A DNA stretch of 63,302 nt, filler included, from Asterionella formosa (GCA_002256025.1; 21 parts of 21 records of this genome joined end to end with filler, not necessarily neighbours in it); one strand, 5' to 3'. Positions 23,399 to 37,181 are shown, counted from the first letter of the whole stretch. Notes: generated from the sequence alone by a model not told the origin. Made by a program: numbers and translations.

Positions 23399-24930
23399 CA
23401 ATGATGCCCCCCTCCCCCTCCCCCCAAGCACCCCACATCGATGGGGCAGGCGGGCAATGTGGCCAGATAGGTTTTCTCCTGGCACCACTTGAAAGAGAAG
23501 ATGTAGTTTAACCTGAAAGGAGTTCAACTTCTAGAAGAATAGTATATGTATCTTGATGTATATACTCAGCAATGTGGGTGCTAGGCAGTGGATCGAATGA
23601 TCATGGTGATTTTAGGAGAATGTTGCAGGATAGATCTGACTCTATTGGTATTTCCAAATAAAGTGAGCTTATAGAATTAACTTTTAGCAAACCAGACAAA
23701 CAAAACTAAGTCAAAATATGAGTAAATCGACTCATGTTCATGACAAGATTCAAAGATTGATTCATGTATGAGTAAAGATTGACTCATGTTCATGACTAGA
23801 CCCAAAAAGGTCATGACTGGACTAATTTGGAGACAGAAACAAGATTCATTTGACTTGTCTGTTTCAACTGCACCTTGGAACAGCCAAATAAAATTTATGA
23901 TTATGATAAAGTGTACATGCTCTATTCTGTTTCTTCCAAATATTTGAGTGGCCGGCCAATGCAAACGGTATTTGGCATTTTGTACTGGTATATTCACACA
24001 ATGAATGTAAAAATACGCTTAACTGGTTCCGATCTATTTATTTAGATACGAATAATTTAATCATAGAAACAGAGTGCATTTGTCTTTGTTAACGTCGGGT
24101 ATTTAAAAACGCATTTTTTAGGTAGTCGACATTTCTGCTAAACAATCCTTCCTAAATATACCCTGTTCGGCACTTGAGTCGCAGGAAATCGATGCGTGTG
24201 TTATCATTCTTGGACAGGGGAAATACGAGGTACCCTAGTAACAGGTACCAGGCAACCAGACCTGATAACCTGTTAACTAGGCACCTGGTACACACCTAAC
24301 TTCAACTACCTGGTACCGTATGCATCACGCGTACATACACACAAAATAAACTTGTACTGTAGAGAGTACCGGTAGGTGTCACTATTAATTGGTCAACCGG
24401 TATGACCCATCTCGCATGAGCGATGAATCAATTTTGACACCTCTGCCTGCTGGCTGAGGCTCCTGATCAGCCAGCGCTCATACTGTACCCTGGNNNNNNN
24501 NNNNNNNNNNNNNNNNNNNNNNNNNNNNNNNNNNNNNTTAATTAATTAANNNNNNNNNNNNNNNNNNNNNNNNNNNNNNNNNNNNNNNNNNNNCATCTCC
24601 AAATGCTTCTGACGCATAGTTTATTTGAAAGCAGTACAGAAGTATTTACTCGCTATATAAATCTGAGCAACTCCTTCTTGACAATAATTAACGTATCTTG
24701 CAAACTTAGTTCAAACCGTGCGTTTACTCCATTTAGCGGTGGCTTACAGTTCAAAAGTCGTCATAGCGGTGGCCTACAGTTTTTAACTGGTACTGGTAAA
24801 TTTACAAAGACTACCTGTCCAATGATGAAGTTTCGGCGCTAAGTGGTTCTGATTCCAATTTTTCGGAGACCGTAGAAAAGGCCGATTTTGTCGAATTTAG
24901 GTAACCTTCAAATAGCATCAGTATTTAACT

Positions 24931-25036
24931 TCTGGCGAGAAACTGCAGAAAGGAACTTCGGTTTTTCCCCCCGAAATTTCTAGTCTTTATAGCATAGTTT
25001 AAAAACCGAAGTTACTTTCTGAAGTTTCTCGCCAGA
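24931..25036. repeat. 36-bp inverted repeat with a 34-bp spacer
   Basis: 24931-24966 pairs with 25001-25036 with two mismatches. Confidence 0.9.
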
Positions 25037-26481
25037 TCCTATATCCGTCTGCAAATAAAAGTATCATGCATATAGGATCAAGGGTATTGTACGCTAAGTG
25101 GCACAGGATTTTCGTATATATGATAATATTTGGATCAAAATTATGATCAAGGTACCCTATAACTATTACAATTTATTAATATTGTATCTACCTTGAAGTA
25201 TAATGATAATAAGAACATTATCATCACACAATGTATATCAACTGATCAACAACATTACTCATCATCATCAAAAACCTTCTCATATTATTTTCAATTTTTG
25301 TAATTGCCCGATGTAAATTATTACTACAAGGCATCCTAAAATCAGCTCAACTCTATGCTGTCATTTTAATTGTTTTATCGTAAATCATCCGTAAACATAA
25401 TCATAATTCTAATCACAAGCATTGTTCAAAATAGATTGAAACGGATCGTAATTTAACTATCAAATTTAGCAATGCTATCTATTAATCTACATGCCAGTGA
25501 CCCAACGTTTCTCTCTCTACTCGGCTCAATGTATATTGTTCCTGTCTTGCCCTTTTCTTCTTCTTTTCTGAATCTTGTGCCAAGCAATGCCTTACTAATG
25601 TTGCGTCTCTCTCCCTGCTGTTAGTGTCATTCTGAACTCGCCGCATCTGCAAATAAAAACCATCATATTTCCATGATGCATCATAGGATTATGATCATCT
25701 GATCATAATTTTTCGTTATATCATCTAATAATTGTGATAAATGCCCTCGTAATTTAAATAGTAACCCTTTTGACTACATATATTTAATNNNNNNNNNNNN
25801 NNNNNNNNNNNNNNNNNNNNNNNNNNNNNNNNTTAATTAATTAANNNNNNNNNNNNNNNNNNNNNNNNNNNNNNNNNNNNNNNNNNNNCCAGATGAGGAA
25901 GTACGCTTATGAAGAAAACAGTGATGATGAGCTATCGGTTGCTAGTGATGGATCATTTGAGGTCTTAATGACCTATCTGAAGAGCACAATCAAGAAACCG
26001 AGGACGTTACCGGTAGTTGATTGGGAGGACGGAAACCCCTCATACATGAGAGAAACAGCGAATGAGGAAAATCAATTTAATTTCCTAGACTTGATGATGT
26101 GCGGATGCTGCTGCTAGAGACAGCATGATGCGAGTGAATGTTGCAAACGTGGTACACTTCCAATGACTGGGATTACGTAATCTTAATTTTCTGATGTGCA
26201 GAAACGATAATCGTTCGATCTTCTAAAAAATGTTACATGTGTTCATTCTGTGCAAGTAGTTTTTCATGGACACAAAAAAATAGAAGTTAGCAGCAATTGG
26301 TACCTGAGTGTCTCTCTCCTATGTGAGGAGTCATCAATCGCAACTATGTACCTTATAATGCAATCATGTGAATGGGCTCAGAAACATAGATAATGCAGTC
26401 CTCCTCTATATGATTGATTTGAACATTAGACAACGTTGCTCCATATTATTCATGAAACATAACTGCACGCCGAGTTGAATC

Positions 26482-27083
26482 CTAAAGCTGATATACGCCT
26501 CCCGTCGATGCAATGCCATTGTAAATATACGTATTGTTGAATGGCACGTATTGCCCAGTGATGATCTTGACTGCTTCTTGCGAAGAGACACCTCCCACAA
26601 TAGACGCAATATTGTGAATTTCTGCATTGGCATAGCGGGCCAGCTCCTTCGCATACTTGCAGTCGGGGGAAAGTAGAGTCTGTTGGACCAAGGAATTCTC
26701 ATCCAGTCCCATAATTGTTACTGTTTCTTGAATACAAACCTGGAGGTCGTCGACGTCTTCTTCCCAAGAATCATGCGAAGCACCAGGGTAGCGGGTATGA
26801 GTTTCGAAAAATAAATGACAGGCTCGAACACCAATATACCATAGAAAGGGTGTATGTTCCGGAACTTCGTGTGGATCCATGGTGACCATTTCCCAATCGT
26901 CACGAAGTTCATTCCCTGATGTACCTGTGTATTCATCAAGGATGGTTCGTGTCTGCAAAAGATCTAAGTGGTGCACATTTTTACAAAATACATCTAATTC
27001 GTCGTCGTCAACCAACGTAAGTGGCACTATTGATCGCATAGCCTCAATGTCAGCGACAGCCTTGCCATGGTATATTTGTTGGA
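26482..27083 (-). CDS. NAE1: NEDD8-activating enzyme E1 regulatory subunit (APPBP1/AXR1), 3' part
   Basis: C-terminus ELARYANAEIHNIASIVGGVSSQEAVKIITGQYVPFNNTYIYNGI. The 5' end is cut by the contig boundary. Confidence 0.9.
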
Positions 27084-27183
27084 NNNNNNNNNNNNNNNNN
27101 NNNNNNNNNNNNNNNNNNNNNNNNNNNTTAATTAATTAANNNNNNNNNNNNNNNNNNNNNNNNNNNNNNNNNNNNNNNNNNNN

Positions 27184-28378
27184 ACAAAGAAGCCTCCCTT
27201 AATTTATGTGTCACAGACGAAACAAACCAAAACCTTACTGAGGCTCAAAAGGAATATCTTCACTGGCACTTCCGTCTTGGCCACCTCTGCTCAGACACCA
27301 TTCAATTTCTTCTACGTCAGCCATCATTTGGTACATCCCAGAAAATTCGAGCGGCTTCGCGCTGCACTCCTCCAAAATGCGCTGCCTGTGAATACGGGAA
27401 GGCGCACCGTAAACCCTTACAGGCATCCACATCCACCCCGACACCGGAAAAAGAAGGGGGAGTGAAAGCAAATGACCTTTATCCCGGCTCCGGTGTTTCT
27501 GTTGACCATTTTGTTTCTAAGGTCCCTGGTCGTCTTTACACTTCTAGAGGAAAGACTTCACCAACCGATATGTACAAAGGGGGATGCATATTTACTGATC
27601 ACTCATCTGGCCTACTTTTCATTCAGCATCAAGTTGGATTCACTGTCCTAGAAACTCTGCAAGCTAAAATGGCTTTTGAAAATTGGAGCTATAATTCTGG
27701 AGTTTTGATTGGCAAATATACTACTGACAATGGCAGCTTTGGAGCCAGTGAATTTGTCGATGTCATTCAAACTAAAGGGCAAATTGTAAAATTTTGTGGT
27801 GTTGGAGCTCACCATCAAAATGGTGTTGCAGAACGCAGTATTCGCACTGTTTCCAACATGGCCCGTGTCATGATGCTACATGCTTCCATTCGTTGGCCTT
27901 CTACAGCTGACCCTGCTCTCTGGCCTATGGTGGTGGACTATGCAGTACATTTGTACAACCATGTGCCCAGTTCCAAGACTGGACAATCTCCCATGGACTT
28001 ATTTACGAAATCCATCCTTCCACGTCATGGATTGAAGGACTTACACGTTTGGGGTTGTCCTTGTTATGTCCTTGACCCAAAATTACAAAATGGACAAAAG
28101 CTTCCACGCTGGCAACCTCGCTCCCGCCGCGCCATCTTTGTTGGCATCTCCCATGTTCATAGTACCAATGTTCCCTTGGTACTTAATCTGACAACAGGAC
28201 ATATTTCTCCGCAATTTCATGTCGTCTTTGATGATCTTTTCTCGACCGTTTCCTCGCTAAATATATCCGACGACCCTCCGGAAAATTGGGAAACTATCTT
28301 TCACGAGTCCCGGTTTGAGACCAAATTTGACGAACACACAAACTTCACACTTGCTGATGAGTGGCTAGAACCAGATGA
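27184..28378 (+). mobile_element. Ty1/copia (CoDi-like) integrase region, intact frame
   Basis: PKCAACEYGK, VSVDHFVS.VPGRL, TDNG, AHHQNGVAERSI, HVWGCPCYVLDP.LQ and HISPQFHVVFDD. Confidence 0.93.
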
Positions 28379-29296
28379 NNNNNNNNNNNNNNNNNNNNNN
28401 NNNNNNNNNNNNNNNNNNNNNNTTAATTAATTAANNNNNNNNNNNNNNNNNNNNNNNNNNNNNNNNNNNNNNNNNNNNCTGACAACGACCAGAATTTGCT
28501 GACTATGACTAGCAATTGCTGACTGCGACGACTAGTAGAAGTTGCTGATTGGTGAACTGCACAAGCAAACGTATAGGCAGTAGACTAGTATAAGTGAAAA
28601 TTTGGTAAGGCTATTTCGCTGTGAATGTCGGCATATGTATGGTTCCAGGTACTCTTGGTATACCAGTGGTATGTAGGCTTTTCAAAATGAATAATGATGT
28701 CAGAATGACTGTGGACTCGACTTTAAGTCCGATGAGTCAAATGGTGCGTTCCCGTGTGGTTGAAGAAGCTTGCTAACGAGACTGGAAAGATCATGATTAA
28801 TGTCAGCAAAAGAGAACACAGAGAATAGGTTCTCAAATTGTGTTATGTAATGCCAAGAATGGGATTGAAATTGGATTTTAGATTAAGAAGCTCATAAGAT
28901 GAATTAGTTAACAAAGAGTGAGAATTGAAAGAGGAAGATCAACAGGGTGAGTGAGGCTAGCAGCAAAGCATACCGGTAGCTAAGATTACAATGTATAGTA
29001 CCAGGTACAAGAGGTAAGACCTACCAGTGCGTAAGGAGTGTCAATAGAAAAGAGTCCACGGGAAAAGGAGCATTAAGTGAGACCTTCTAACAATAGAGGA
29101 ATAGTCAGTACATTCCTATTCAGCGCTTGTTGATGATATTGATAAGATACTATCTAAAGACAAATTGGCCTGTTAGTGCCCTGTTGTAATGGTAGGTCCA
29201 ACAAATTATGACTTGAGGCCATTCCAGCAGTACTTTTTACTAGGTTAGTATGTATCTACGTAGATCGTACAGCCACGTTGTATCAGTACCCATCAA

Positions 29297-29389
29297 ATAC
29301 TATGGATATCTGATTCATCAGTTGGTGCGGTAAGCGGTAAGTCACCAAGTACCCGGAGAACCCGAGCAATCTCGTTCCCATCTTTATCA
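29297..29389 (-). repeat. 3' LTR remnant of the copia element
   Basis: atactatggatatctga.tcatcagttggtgcggt...agaacccgagcaatctcgttccc..ttatca is shared with 34022-34121. Confidence 0.85.
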
Positions 29390-32300
29390 CTCCCCTTGAA
29401 TCAATGATCCAATAGTTTGTTTGACCATAATAGAATATTACTTGCATAGAATATGAAAATCCCTATTCCCTATCCATGCATCAACTCCCCAACTAACATG
29501 GCAAACACCTTGTTAGTAGTCTGGGCCTTGGTGAGCACATCTGCAAAATTATACCTGCCATCAGCAATCTTGACTGGATGGACAATTCCGCATGCCGCCG
29601 CCTCCCTCACCTTGTGAAATGAAATGGCAACATGTTTTTTCTTCAACAAACTATCCTTGATAGTTACATTCTGAACTACTCCATGGTTGTCACCGAACAG
29701 GGGGTATTTNNNNNNNNNNNNNNNNNNNNNNNNNNNNNNNNNNNNNNNNNNNNNNNNNNNNNNNNNNNNNNNNNNNNNNNNNNNNNNNNNNNNNNNNNNN
29801 NNNNNNNNNNNNNNNNNNNNNNNNNNNNNNNNNNNNNNNNNNNNNNNNNNNNNNNNNNNNNNNNNNNNNNNNNNNNNNNNNNNNNNNNNNNNNNNNNNNN
29901 NNNNNNNNNNNNNNNNNNNNNNNNNNNNNNNNNNNNNNNNNNNNNNNNNNNNNNNNNNNNNNNNNNNNNNNNNNNNNNNNNNNNNNNNNNNNNNNNNNNN
30001 NNNNNNNNNNNNNNNNNNNNNNNNNNNNNNNNNATTTGTCATGGGCATGATCTGAGTCAACAAACACAGTTATGTCTAGTAACTCATTGACCAATGGCTT
30101 TGGTAGGTTGCAGTCAACCTCCTCAGATGCTTTGTCAGGGTAGCCTTCACCAAGAATACTTGCGTAGTCTTTAGAAAAATCTTCCTCGAATCCTGAGAAG
30201 TCAGGCGACCCAGAATCCACAACAATTCGCCTATTTGGCCTCCTCTTAAGGTAGCCAAACACTTTCAATACCCGCTCAAGGTGTCCTTTTCATGTACATG
30301 CAGAGAATCTTGACAATGACATTGTGGCGTGTGCGACATCAAATCTCCCAATTGTTACTACCCCAATTCAACATTCCAATTAACATCTGAAACTTTCGAT
30401 GTTCGTCATCACTAAGTAGTGTGGTGTCATCGAGTTATGGATGATCATTTGCACTCATTGGAATTGTACTTTTGGGTCGCACACCAAACATCACCTCAAT
30501 TCTTGCAATCGACTCTTGTATGTATTTCTTGCATCCTAAACACCGCCTGCCCTTCTTGAAGTCGTTCCCAAGCAAGGTAATATTCTGGAGGACCTTCAGA
30601 CTTGATTGTATAGACCTGCTTGAGTCCTTCCATAATTACTTCAGGAGTTTTCGACACTATCATGAAGTCATCTGAGTGGGTGCAGATACATTCATAGTGT
30701 GAAGTATCATTGCTCATCTTGTACCACACATCTTTGTTGTACCTAGTTGGCTGGAATCCCATTCCCCAGATCATGTCCGCAAAATGCGCCCACCAATGCT
30801 CAGAGCTTGATCTCAAACCATATAGTGCTTTTCGGATGAGAATGATTGATCCCCTCAACTCCTCTCCAAATTCTGGTCCAGCATGGCAGCATACTAGCTC
30901 ATTAGTGTATGCATTGACGTAAGCATTTCCAACATCTCCACAAAGCAGCTTCAAGTTCTGCTTGTGTGCAATCACATGTACTAGCATTCTAACACTTATG
31001 CCTTTCACAGTTGAAGAGTAAATATTTTTGTCAAGAGCGTCAACTAAATGTCCACCAGCTACAAGTCTTGCCTTGCGCCGTAGATCTTGTTTGACGTCAA
31101 AGATGACTGTCAGTTTTGTCCATTGATATCCGACTCCAGGGTTAAAATCTGGCTTCTTAAATTCAAAACATTCCATTTCGACAAGTGAGGAGATTTCACG
31201 TTTGATTGCCTCTTGCCAGAATGTGTTTCCACTTTGCTTGTCCAATTCCATTGCATGGGTGACATTTCGTGGGACCTCGATGCCATATTTGAGAATTTGC
31301 TTCCTAATCTTAGGATGCTTATTCTTCCTTATGTCGCCACGACTCACTATGTGCATCTGATCAGATCCATCAAAATGATGCTCATATAACCTTGCAATTC
31401 TTCGGACAGCTCGTTTGATGTCTCGAACTGTTTTCTTTGCCCATTGCATGACTCTATCCAGGCGTTTGGAACGACTGACATTATTGTCTACAATAAATTG
31501 TGCTGTCATGTTTGGATGGTCAAGCTTCAAGTACTGAATGATTCCCAGGAGACATTTTCAGTATCCCTGTGCACCTCCTCTAACTCAAGCTGCCCGGCTT
31601 TCCAGCGATGAGCTTGAATATCAGTTTCCTTCAGCTAGCTCATTTTTGATCTCATCACAGATTTCAATGTCGTGTGTTGCGTCAAATGGATCAAAGTCGA
31701 ACTAAACATCATCGTTGGATGGTGGATTTTTTAATTTGTTGTTGTCTACTTCTGTTGTAGTGCATTGCTCCCCCTCTTTCCCCTCCTGCTCCTCTAGACC
31801 CTTTGATGTTTAAATGATCTGAGGAGTAGGAGCAAAATGAACTAGACGAATAGAATCGTGATCCTCTGGTTCATCTAGAGGTTCAGGAATAGGACTGGTG
31901 GGAGCGTTCCTTTTGCGTTTACGATCCTTGATTTTTGTTATTCTGGACTTGAGCGTAAGGTCACAATAAGGTACCTCATCACTGTAAGGCTCAGCTGAAG
32001 TTTCCTTTTGTGTTTGAACAATATTACGAATGAGTTCAACCCCTTTTTCCCAATTACCATCAAAACATGTTCAAATGCGAGAAGTGAATGCATCTCCATG
32101 GTTCCATGCGATACCAACAAACCTTCCTAGAAGAAAGTTTGAGTTTGGGTACTTCTTGGCTGTTGGCTCATAGTAATAGATTGCTTGCCAGAAGGAAAAT
32201 CGAAACACAGAAATGTCTGGAGTTCTTTCGTAAAGTTTTTCAATGGGAGTCCTCCAATCCAGTCCCTTTTGTGCTGAATGATTTAGGCAATCAATAGCCC

Positions 32301-33990
32301 ACATCATGCAATAGCACCAGAACATCAGTGGAGCTTTTGCCAAGCGTAGAAATAAAATAGTTCGAGATTTAATGTCCCAGATCTTGAGAGCTCTGCCTGG
32401 TTCTGGTTTTGGTTGCTTGTATGGGACAGAATGGATTTGTTTTGTGATGTTTTCCTGGCTTGTTTTAGTCCACAATGTGCCAGACTGAGTTTGAGAGTTA
32501 TCAGTCAACAAAATGTTGGGAGCTCCAACCTCACGTACAAAATCCTGGTATGCTCCATGTGAATGTGCCTCTCTAAACATGCAACGTGCAAACAGAATTG
32601 CGATGGAATATGAATGAAGAGTTGCACACATGAGTAGTTCCAGATAGACTTGATAGATGAGAAAAATGTATCCAAATCTGTCCTGCCATTGAGTCGATTA
32701 GGATGAAGAGGAATTAGAAGCCTCTTTCAATGCTGTCTGGGTGCTTCTCTATTCTCCATTTCAACTATTTGGGTGCAGAGCTGTGTTGTTGCTTCGAGTG
32801 TCTTCTTGGTTACAATCTCAGTTGAATTTCCATGATGTTTCTCCCATAGAGTTGGCTCCTCTTCAACAATGCTTCTGCATCCTCTCCTAGAGGACTGCTG
32901 CTTCAACAACTCAGATGAGTTGCTGGAAATTGGTGGTGTCAACCAATGAATTGTATGGGAGTTTGCTTTTTCGTTTGTAGGTAGGCGAACATTGAATGTA
33001 AGAAGTTTTTCGTCATCAGTGAACAATAGTTTAATCTGAATGTCATCAACCTCAATGCATTGCAATCCACCATCCCGTTCAGAAATGTCATGAACAATAA
33101 CATTATTACACCACATCACATGAGTGTTGATCAGCGCTTATGTTTGCTCTGGTCTTTCATCAAAGGCTGCTCCCCCAACCCAAGTAAATAGGTTTCTTTT
33201 GTTTCTGGATGTTCATAAGCAGTGACTGCATTGACAATTGGAAGAATAGGTCCATCCATATTGGCCCCCAACCATGCAGTTTTGCGCTCTTGCTCACTTT
33301 TTCCAGAACTCTCCATCCGACTTCACCAATGACCTCAAATTCAGTTCCTCCATCAAGCACAACCCTTGCTGCCGCTGCTTCCCCCGGAATGCTTCCACGT
33401 TGGAGTACTGGGTTGCGACACCCCTTTTTCGTTTTCCTGGGAGTCTCCTTCTTAGATTTCTTCTTTTGGGTACTTGTTGTAGGATTTATTTCCTGGTCAC
33501 TATCATCTCCATCATCACTGTCTTTGTCATCAGAGTCCTTGATTTTCACATGAGGTGTAGCTGTATCGCATAATCCAGAAGCTGAGGTCTTTGTCGTTCT
33601 ATCCTTCTTCTTGTGCTTTCTTGTCTTTGGCTTGTTCTTGGAGTGGCATCCCTCGTTGGATTTGAGCTGATGACTGAAAACAGAGCATACATGTTAATAA
33701 TCACATAATTACATGCACCATATCAAAGCATACTAATCATGCTTGTTGTTTTGCATGCTTTGACTCAAATGACTCAATTATATTCCCGTTGTTATGGAAA
33801 TGGCAGATTCCTCAACCCATGAGGCCTCGTTTTGCAATCTCTCCATCAGAAGTACTCCACAACGAGCCCTGCTATCCATGGTGAGAAGCGCGCCAATTGG
33901 AACTGGTCAGGATGACCAACAATTGAATTTCGTGTGCGGCTTTTTTAACAACAAGCGATTTTCCGTGTTGACTTTTTTAGTCGCGGAAAA

Positions 33991-34121
33991 TGTCGAAAAA
34001 TTCCTTCGGCAATCTACCGGTATACTATGGATATCTGATGCATCAGTTGGTGCGGTTAGCGGTACCAGGTACCAATTAATTACCTGAAGAACCCGAGCAA
34101 TCTCGTTCCCGTAAATTATCA
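33991..34121 (-). repeat. 5' LTR of the copia element (TG...CA, ~131 bp)
   Basis: Homologous to the 3' LTR remnant. The inner boundary at 33991 is inferred from the TG/CA dinucleotide only. Confidence 0.7.
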
Positions 34122-34253
34122 ATATCATCCGCAGGCCGCCATCAATAGTGCACACGCACGGAAGGAGTACCCGAGTATCACACTGCCATTATTTCTTGTT
34201 GTTTCTTTCTACGATCCTCATACCGAAAACCCAATGAGAACTATACCGTCATC

Positions 34254-35493
34254 ATGCATTTGGTGAATTGGATGCAACGTGTTCTCATTCTAGTTATTCT
34301 CATCACATCGCTCGCTGTTGCAGAGGCATTCGCTGGCGCCCCAACGATGTCCGTGTCTCCTTCATCTGTCGTAGCTACTAAGCACCGTCTCTTTGATATG
34401 CCGGTGAGCAACAATGGTGCCCGCTGTCGACTAATTGTTTACAAGAAGCGACTCCCAGAGTCAGAGGTTGCCATTCTCTCCCCTATGGATATTGGTGGCA
34501 TGAAATCCAAGGAATACCTTGCTCTCAACCCCCAAGGCAAGATACCATTGATGATTGCTGACGAAATCGGTATGCCTATCCCGGAAAGTGACACTATTTG
34601 TCGATATCTAATATCCAAATACTCTGAAAATGGACCATCATTCCAGCCCGAAAACACGAAATCAAACCTCATCGCTCGCCTTCATGACATGTATCTGTAA
34701 GTCTTGTGTCTTGTTCTGGCTTCAATGATGCTCTTTCTCACAATGCTCGTGTAGTACTACTATCCAGGGATGCCTGTACAAGGCGACTCCCCCATTTGGC
34801 ATGCATGGAACTAGAAAAGATGCCATTGCAGAGTTTCGAAGGCAACTTCAAGTGATCGATGATCTACTTGATGGCAAGGGGCAGTATCTTTGCGGTGACG
34901 AAGTCTCTCTTGGGGATGCAACTCTTTTTCCCACAATGATTTTCGCAAAATACATGCTCCCCAAATTTGGAATCCCCGTTGAGGAAGCCTTGCCTGGAAA
35001 GATTGACAAGTGGTATGAAGGCATCATCCAGTCGGACGAAGATTTCCAGAAAGTATATGGCGAAGTCATGGGAGGTCTCTTGAAATGGGACAAGAATACT
35101 CGATGGGACAATATTTGGTTGGCAGGTGTTCGTGACGAAGAACCTGGAACCATTTTCGACAGCATCATAGCCGGGGACATTCCTGCCGCGATTGTCAAGG
35201 AGACGGCAAAAGTACTCGCGTTCAAGGATATCAACCCTGTCGCCCCTGCTCATATTCTTGTCATCCCAAAGGATCGATCTGGACTGTCAGGAATTAGAAA
35301 GGCCACTCCTGATCATGCTGAGATACTCGGACTTCTCCTCGTAGCTGCTGGGGAGATTGCAAACGACGAATCGCTTGGCTTTGGCGATGGTGCTCGGATT
35401 GTCATCAATGACGGGACGGATGGTGGTCAAGAAGTCCCTCATCTGCATGTGCATGTCCTTGGAGGACGTAAACTCACGTGGCCTCCGGGATAA
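34254..35493 (+). CDS. Glutathione S-transferase-HIT (HINT/PKCI) fusion protein with a plastid-type presequence; exons 34254-34696 and 34755-35493 (393 aa)
   Basis: Signal peptide followed by AEA-FA. GST-N: SNNGARCR, LNPQGKIP, ESDTICRY. GST-C: YLCGDEVSLGDATLFP. HIT: TIFDSII, AFKDINPVAPAHILVIPK, HLHVHVLGG. One 58-nt GT-AG intron. Confidence 0.92.
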
Positions 35494-35740
35494 GGAACAC
35501 GAGCTAGAATAGACTTACACACAATAACTAGGACTTTACTGTTATAAAGATTGATATTCGTGTCGTCAAAGTCATCATGCGCTAGAAAAAGAAAAAAGAG
35601 AGGGGAGTTCTTGGTGTGAGGGTCTCTCGGGACGCGAAAGAACAAACCACATCTGGCAAAACGAAAGCAAGAATAACAGCGTTGATACTGCTAATCTAAA
35701 CCACCCACCAATAAGTCTCCACCTCTCAATTCGTGTAAGT

Positions 35741-37181
35741 TTAGCCAACATAAAGGCTGCGATCTATATTCGGCGGAATTGCTCGGATTTCAGTTCCAAG
35801 CTCTTGCTCCACACGGCGCAGTGCATGTCGGTCGTCGTAAGTAATCAAGTTAACAGCCAAACCCAAATGTCCAAACCGGCCCGATCGACCAATACGATGA
35901 AGGTATGTTTCACTGTTCTTCGGAAAGTCAAAATTAATGACTACATTCACTGACTGAATATCGATACCACGGGTAAAAAGGTCTTTTGAGAACAAGAGTA
36001 AGGGTATCAGTGTAGGATATCAACAAAATATATTTGGAAATCCGTTGGCGAATTCTCACCTGATGTTACAAGATGCCTTGTGGCACCATTTCGAAATTCA
36101 TGAAAGACACGATTTCTGTTGGCTTGCTGCATCTTGGCATGAATGTAGTAGCAAGAATATCCGAGTTCGGTAATCTTTTTGGCAAGCAACTCGACACGAT
36201 TGACGGAGTTGCAAAATATAATGGACTGGTTTATTTCAAGCTTCGAAAAGAGAGTATTAAGGCAGTGCACCTTTTGTCTCTCTTCGACGTAGGCGTAAAA
36301 CTGAGTGATACCACGAAGGGTGAGCTCGTCCATAAGGTTGATGCTGTAAGGGTTAGGTACAAATTTCTGGCAGAAACTTTTAACAGTAACTGGGAAAGTG
36401 GCACTAAAGAGGCAGATCTGATGGTCGGGGTCGCAAAGTCCTATGATTTGCTCGAGGACAGGTTGGAATTCAGGAGAGAGCAGCTTGTCTGCTTCATCCA
36501 TGATAACTGTTCGGCATTTACTGAGATCGGCAACTTTTTTGGAAGCCAAGTCGAGAATGCGACCTGGCGTGGCAACGATGATGTGAATGGTATTGTAAAG
36601 ACGCATGATATCGTCCTTTAGTGATGTTCCACCAGTGGTGACCATACACTGAATTCCCATGTGCTTTCCCATTTCCTTGACAATGGCAGAAGTTTGCAGA
36701 GCAAGCTCACGAGTTGGAATAAGGATCAAAACTGGTCACGGAAGAAAAAAGATAGAAATTAGCATCATCTGTTCGAAGGTAGGAATCAAAATTAAATACG
36801 ATGACATGAAATCTCACCTTGAATGTGTTTCTTTTCCGTGTCCGTCTTCTCTAAGCAAGGAATAATGTAGGCTGCTGTTTTCCCGGTTCCGTTCTTTGCA
36901 CGAGCAAGGACGTTACGGTTCTGAAGAATAATTGGAATGGCTTCTTCTTGAATTGGACTTGGCTTTTCGAAGCCCTTCTCAAAGATACCCATTAGAAGTT
37001 CACGCTTGAGGAAAAAATCCTCAAATTCTCGCCCCTTAGTATCCGTCACATCTTCCGTCTTGTATCGGTCATCTTTCGTTGGAGCTTTGAGGCCGTCCTT
37101 GTAAGTTCCAGTCCCTTGTACTATCGTAGCCCCATTGCTATTATTGCCTCTACTTGGAGGTGGGTTCTGCACGGAAGCCAT
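35741..37181 (-). CDS. DDX6: DEAD-box RNA helicase DDX6/Dhh1/Me31B; exons 37181-36818, 36731-36060, 35982-35741 (425 aa)
   Basis: [42 protein letters not shown] and [11 protein letters not shown]. Two GT-AG introns give a 1278-nt frame. Confidence 0.97.

Larger units (their letters stand above)
29297..34121 (-). mobile_element. Near full-length degenerate Ty1/copia (CoDi-like) LTR retrotransposon
   Basis: Minus-strand domain order is protease (VVLDGGTE), integrase (LLTDNS), chromodomain-like segment, RT (KARLVAGGH, KALYGLRSS, THSDD) and RNase H (VFVDSDHAHD, DVLTK). A purine tract at 29390-29397 abuts the 3' LTR. Many frameshifts. Confidence 0.92.

Noticed and set aside
25893..26117. 74-aa ORF at a contig start ending in CGCCC
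   Set aside because: It may be the 3' end of a real gene convergent with NAE1, but it is too short and has no recognisable family.
36073..36621. Antisense ORFs over DDX6, GST-HIT, the lipase and the HA gene
   Set aside because: These are shadow frames of well-supported genes on the opposite strand.
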